Source of the DNA: a virus
Length of the DNA: 64,000 bases
Direction: 5' to 3' (one strand)
IMG/VR virus record: IMGVR_UViG_3300036770_008028
Location: 93,499-157,498 of that record
Shown: piece by piece, positions 61,154 through 64,000 of the stretch
How positions within the stretch are numbered: the first letter of the stretch is position 1
Layout: every line of letters begins with the position of its first letter
Made by a program: the position numbers and the translations under genes
Notes under the pieces: generated by a model
What the model was told of the DNA's origin: nothing
The model's input: only the letters and a program-made list of their open reading frames with translations
Databases searched by the model: none

Positions 61154-63555
61154 TAAAACTGATATCCATAAGTTAGTTTGACTTGGTACTGCGATTGATC
61201 GTTCACCACACCTCCCAATTTCACTGAATGGGCCTGTTGCTGCCAGCGTCGTTCCGCCCCAGCAAACCCCACGGGCCGATTACGGATCTTCACAGTTTTG
61301 TCAGTATAATGCATAGTTCCAGAATTGTCAACACTGGTAGGGAGTTTCATCTCCAAATGTCCTGCGAAAATAGTGGGCTGGAGACCCAGGTACACACTGA
61401 ACTGATCTGTTTGGTAACCGCCCACGGCATAGCCGGCCCATAATGGAGACACTGACTGGACCAATCCTTTCTGGATCTCGGTACTGGTCTGCATCACACC
61501 GGTCTGCGCAAACATGCCAGTGGACCATACTCGCGTGGCGGTAAAATCTAGCACCGTGCTGGATTCCACTGTACCAAATACTCCCGAGAAACTGAACCAC
61601 GGGCTCCCCGGCATGCGTGTGATGCCCACTCGATATGTGATCGGATCTTTGTCACCAAAGTGCCTGTTGGTGATGCTGGTGCTAAAACGTGTGTGATCCT
61701 GACCGCTCAGGCTCATACCTTGCCAGTCTCTGCGATCTTCGGCCACGAACCTGCTAGACCAGTTGTGTGTGACGTCTTGGGTGTTGGGTTCGAGATAGTC
61801 CACAGGCATGAATCCGGTCTGGACATTCATTCCAGCGAGATCCACCTGGAAGTTCCGACCCAGGGCATCTACTGCCTGTAAATTGCCCAGCAACCCTCGA
61901 TCCATGCCCGGCACACTGATCTGTCCTACCAATGGTCTGCGTGTACCATTCCTACCATCGAGACTGATGCCAAGCCCGCCGATGGGATCCATCACAGCCT
62001 GCCAGTCGATCACAGGGATGCCGTTGACAAAACTTGTGGCAGTACGAGCCAGTGCGTCGTTGGCTTCCACACCACTGAGGTAAGGCCATACTGTGCTGAT
62101 GGCCGCCAAAGTGGCCTGCACGGAAGTGGTGCCATTGCTACCGATCCTGGCAGCGTACACAGCGGTGCGTCCCACACCATTGTCATTGTATGGTACTGCC
62201 GTGATCAGATACAGATCTCCATTCGGCCCGGCAGCGACATTGACCATGTTATCCTGGCTGGATGCACCGGCCATGGTCTGTGTCTGTGTCCAAAAATCTC
62301 GCAGTACCGATCCGTAGGCTTCGACGAACTTGCCATCCGATGTGGCCAATAAAACTCTGTGACTATTGTGAGATCCTGAGTGATCTGGCGAACTCATCAG
62401 TATATCAGTCAGACCATCTTTGTTGACATCGACCAGGGTCGGTTGATAGGTCTGGTAACTCGCATGATCGAACTGTGCCAATACCGAATCGGTCACGTCC
62501 ACGAACACGCCACCGCCGCTGTTGCGCAGGAATTGCACTTCGCTGTATCCATGGGTAGTACTGATGCCATCGGGCAAGGTACTGAACACTATCACATCCA
62601 TGACTCCGTCGCGATCGAAGTCCATCGCTATGTTGCGTATTTCGTGGCTCGCGATACCAGCCGCTGCCAACTGTGTGCTCCATTTAGGCAAATGGAATCT
62701 ATTGGCCGGTAGTGCGGCTATCTCAGTCAGTACCAGTTGTCCTCCCACATCGCTCCAACTGAAAAGTTTGGTATCTTGGTTACCAGTGGCGCTGGCATCA
62801 CTCAGTATGATCGTCCGAGTACCGTTGCCGAGATAGTCTGCCACGGAGATGCCACTGCCGCCGCTGGCACCGATGGCCTGCAATACCGTGAATGATCCGG
62901 CCGCTGATCCAAATGCGATGGCTGGACGACTGTTATAATCAGTGATCACGATATCGGCATAGCCGTCGCCGTCCATGTCAGTCACGGCAGCATCATGGCT
63001 CCATACATTGCCAAAGTTTATGTCAGTGCGAGTGGTAAAAGAACTTGTTCCGCTGTTTAGGAATACCGAGCCCGGAGTGTTGGTCATTTTACCATCTGTG
63101 CTCGGAGCCACGAACATGTCTATATGCCCGTCACCGTTGAAGTCACCAAAACGGATGGCAGGTTCAGTGCCTTGCACACTGTTACTGACCCCCGAAAACC
63201 ATGATCCAGTTTCGTTGCTGAAAGTGCTGGCCCTGTTCCATCCATAGACCTGCAAGTTATGATTGCTCCAGTTGGATGCGTCAGCACCTCCGGCACTCAT
63301 GCGTCCGCCTACGACTACTTCTTGTACCGAATCGTTGTTGAGATCCTGGGCGAACACATCCTGGATCACGCTCATAGTGCTGCCATTGGCCAGAGTCTGG
63401 AAACTGCCCCCGGACTGGGGAGTGTAGTAGGGCACAGAAGATCTTTGATATGGACTCAGGGTTGAACTGAGTCCTCCACCGCCTCCTCCTCCCCCTCCGC
63501 AAGCGGTAAGGGCCAAACTGACCGAAACGGCTAAAGTTCTTTTGGTAAACCGCAT
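61153..63555 (-). CDS. Large lipoprotein with FG-GAP/VCBS repeats and a putative C-terminal outer-membrane beta-barrel
   Basis: Lipobox LTAC followed by poly-Gly; repeated D.N.DG..D motifs; ends in alternating YQVKLTYGYQF. Confidence 0.75.
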   Translation of the reverse strand: MRFTKRTLAVSVSLALTACGGGGGGGGGLSSTLSPYQRSSVPYYTPQSGGSFQTLANGSTMSVIQDVFAQDLNNDSVQEVVVGGRMSAGGADASNWSNHNLQVYGWNRASTFSNETGSWFSGVSNSVQGTEPAIRFGDFNGDGHIDMFVAPSTDGKMTNTPGSVFLNSGTSSFTTRTDINFGNVWSHDAAVTDMDGDGYADIVITDYNSRPAIAFGSAAGSFTVLQAIGASGGSGISVADYLGNGTRTIILSDASATGNQDTKLFSWSDVGGQLVLTEIAALPANRFHLPKWSTQLAAAGIASHEIRNIAMDFDRDGVMDVIVFSTLPDGISTTHGYSEVQFLRNSGGGVFVDVTDSVLAQFDHASYQTYQPTLVDVNKDGLTDILMSSPDHSGSHNSHRVLLATSDGKFVEAYGSVLRDFWTQTQTMAGASSQDNMVNVAAGPNGDLYLITAVPYNDNGVGRTAVYAARIGSNGTTSVQATLAAISTVWPYLSGVEANDALARTATSFVNGIPVIDWQAVMDPIGGLGISLDGRNGTRRPLVGQISVPGMDRGLLGNLQAVDALGRNFQVDLAGMNVQTGFMPVDYLEPNTQDVTHNWSSRFVAEDRRDWQGMSLSGQDHTRFSTSITNRHFGDKDPITYRVGITRMPGSPWFSFSGVFGTVESSTVLDFTATRVWSTGMFAQTGVMQTSTEIQKGLVQSVSPLWAGYAVGGYQTDQFSVYLGLQPTIFAGHLEMKLPTSVDNSGTMHYTDKTVKIRNRPVGFAGAERRWQQQAHSVKLGGVVNDQSQYQVKLTYGYQF

Positions 63556-63584
63556 GATCGCTCCTAGATCATTGACATGATACT

Positions 63585-63613
63585 AGTGTACATTTTCCAG
63601 AATTTCTGGTCAA
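63585..63613 (-). promoter_or_regulatory. Sigma70-like promoter
   Basis: TTGACC-17 nt-TACACT. Confidence 0.65.
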
Positions 63614-63619
63614 CCAGGT

Positions 63620-64000
63620 TTATCTGGGTGCGAAATCCTGTTGCAGTTTGATGTTGTCGATGAACTCTTTCTTCACGGCGGCATCTGTCCTGAACGCACC
63701 ATGTAGCACAGTGGTCTGCGTGAGGCTGCTATGGGCCATGATACCCCTGTTGGTACAGCAACCGTGTTCTGCTTGGATATACACTCCGATGTCTTTGCTA
63801 TCAGTGGCCCGCATGATCTCGCGCGCGATGTCGTTGCAGAGTTCTTCCTGTAAGGTACCACGCCGGCTGCACCATTGTGCGATGCGTGTGTACTTGGAGA
63901 GTCCTATGAGTTTTTCTGCAGCCAGAATGCCAATATAAGCAACGCCAACAACGGGTTGGTGATGATGACTACACATACTGCGAATTTCACTGCGAACCAC
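63620..64000 (-). CDS. folE: GTP cyclohydrolase I (5' truncated by the window)
   Basis: SMCSHH, GLSK..R, LQE and H.C...RG motifs. Confidence 0.95.
   Translation of the reverse strand: MVRSEIRSMCSHHHQPVVGVAYIGILAAEKLIGLSKYTRIAQWCSRRGTLQEELCNDIAREIMRATDSKDIGVYIQAEHGCCTNRGIMAHSSLTQTTVLHGAFRTDAAVKKEFIDNIKLQQDFAPR

Noticed and set aside
63471-63500. CCT/CCG-rich low-complexity run
   Set aside because: It encodes the poly-Gly linker after the lipoprotein Cys; it is not a separate repeat element.
1-64000. CRISPR array, integrase, transposase or rRNA
   Set aside because: No regularly spaced direct repeats, recombinase or transposase motifs, or rRNA-like sequence were seen.

Overview
This window looks like part of a large (jumbo-type) tailed dsDNA phage genome: genes are dense and short, the genetic code is standard, there are sigma70-like and T4-late-like promoter motifs, and there are no rRNA or ribosomal-protein operons. 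The host is plausibly a betaproteobacterium (inference). 1-14.5 kb is a glycan/small-molecule modification region (radical SAM proteins, carbamoyltransferase, amidinotransferase, DegT aminotransferase, NAD epimerase, several glycosyltransferase-like paralogs). 14.5-30 kb holds thyX, a MoxR AAA/VWA pair, an ABC transporter and a circularly permuted two-piece tmRNA. 30.4-36.6 kb is an RNA-rich translation/transcription island: rpoZ, several unassigned structured RNAs, a 30-tRNA array covering all 20 amino acids, and ahpC/ahpD. 39-45.5 kb carries TctA/TctC and a Pho-box-controlled PlcP-like/Agt-like/PstS module. 52-64 kb carries an RNase H/5'-3' exonuclease, queE/queD/folE, nucleotide-salvage genes and a large lipoprotein. 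The top finding lies upstream of the tRNA array. A near-consensus promoter is followed by an unannotated 43-codon leader ORF that contains all 20 amino acids (34 different codons). Its last codons overlap an antiterminator that is mutually exclusive with an intrinsic terminator. This looks like a ribosome-mediated attenuator that senses depletion of any host tRNA and switches on the phage's replacement tRNA set. All calls were made by eye; no database searches or folding programs were run.
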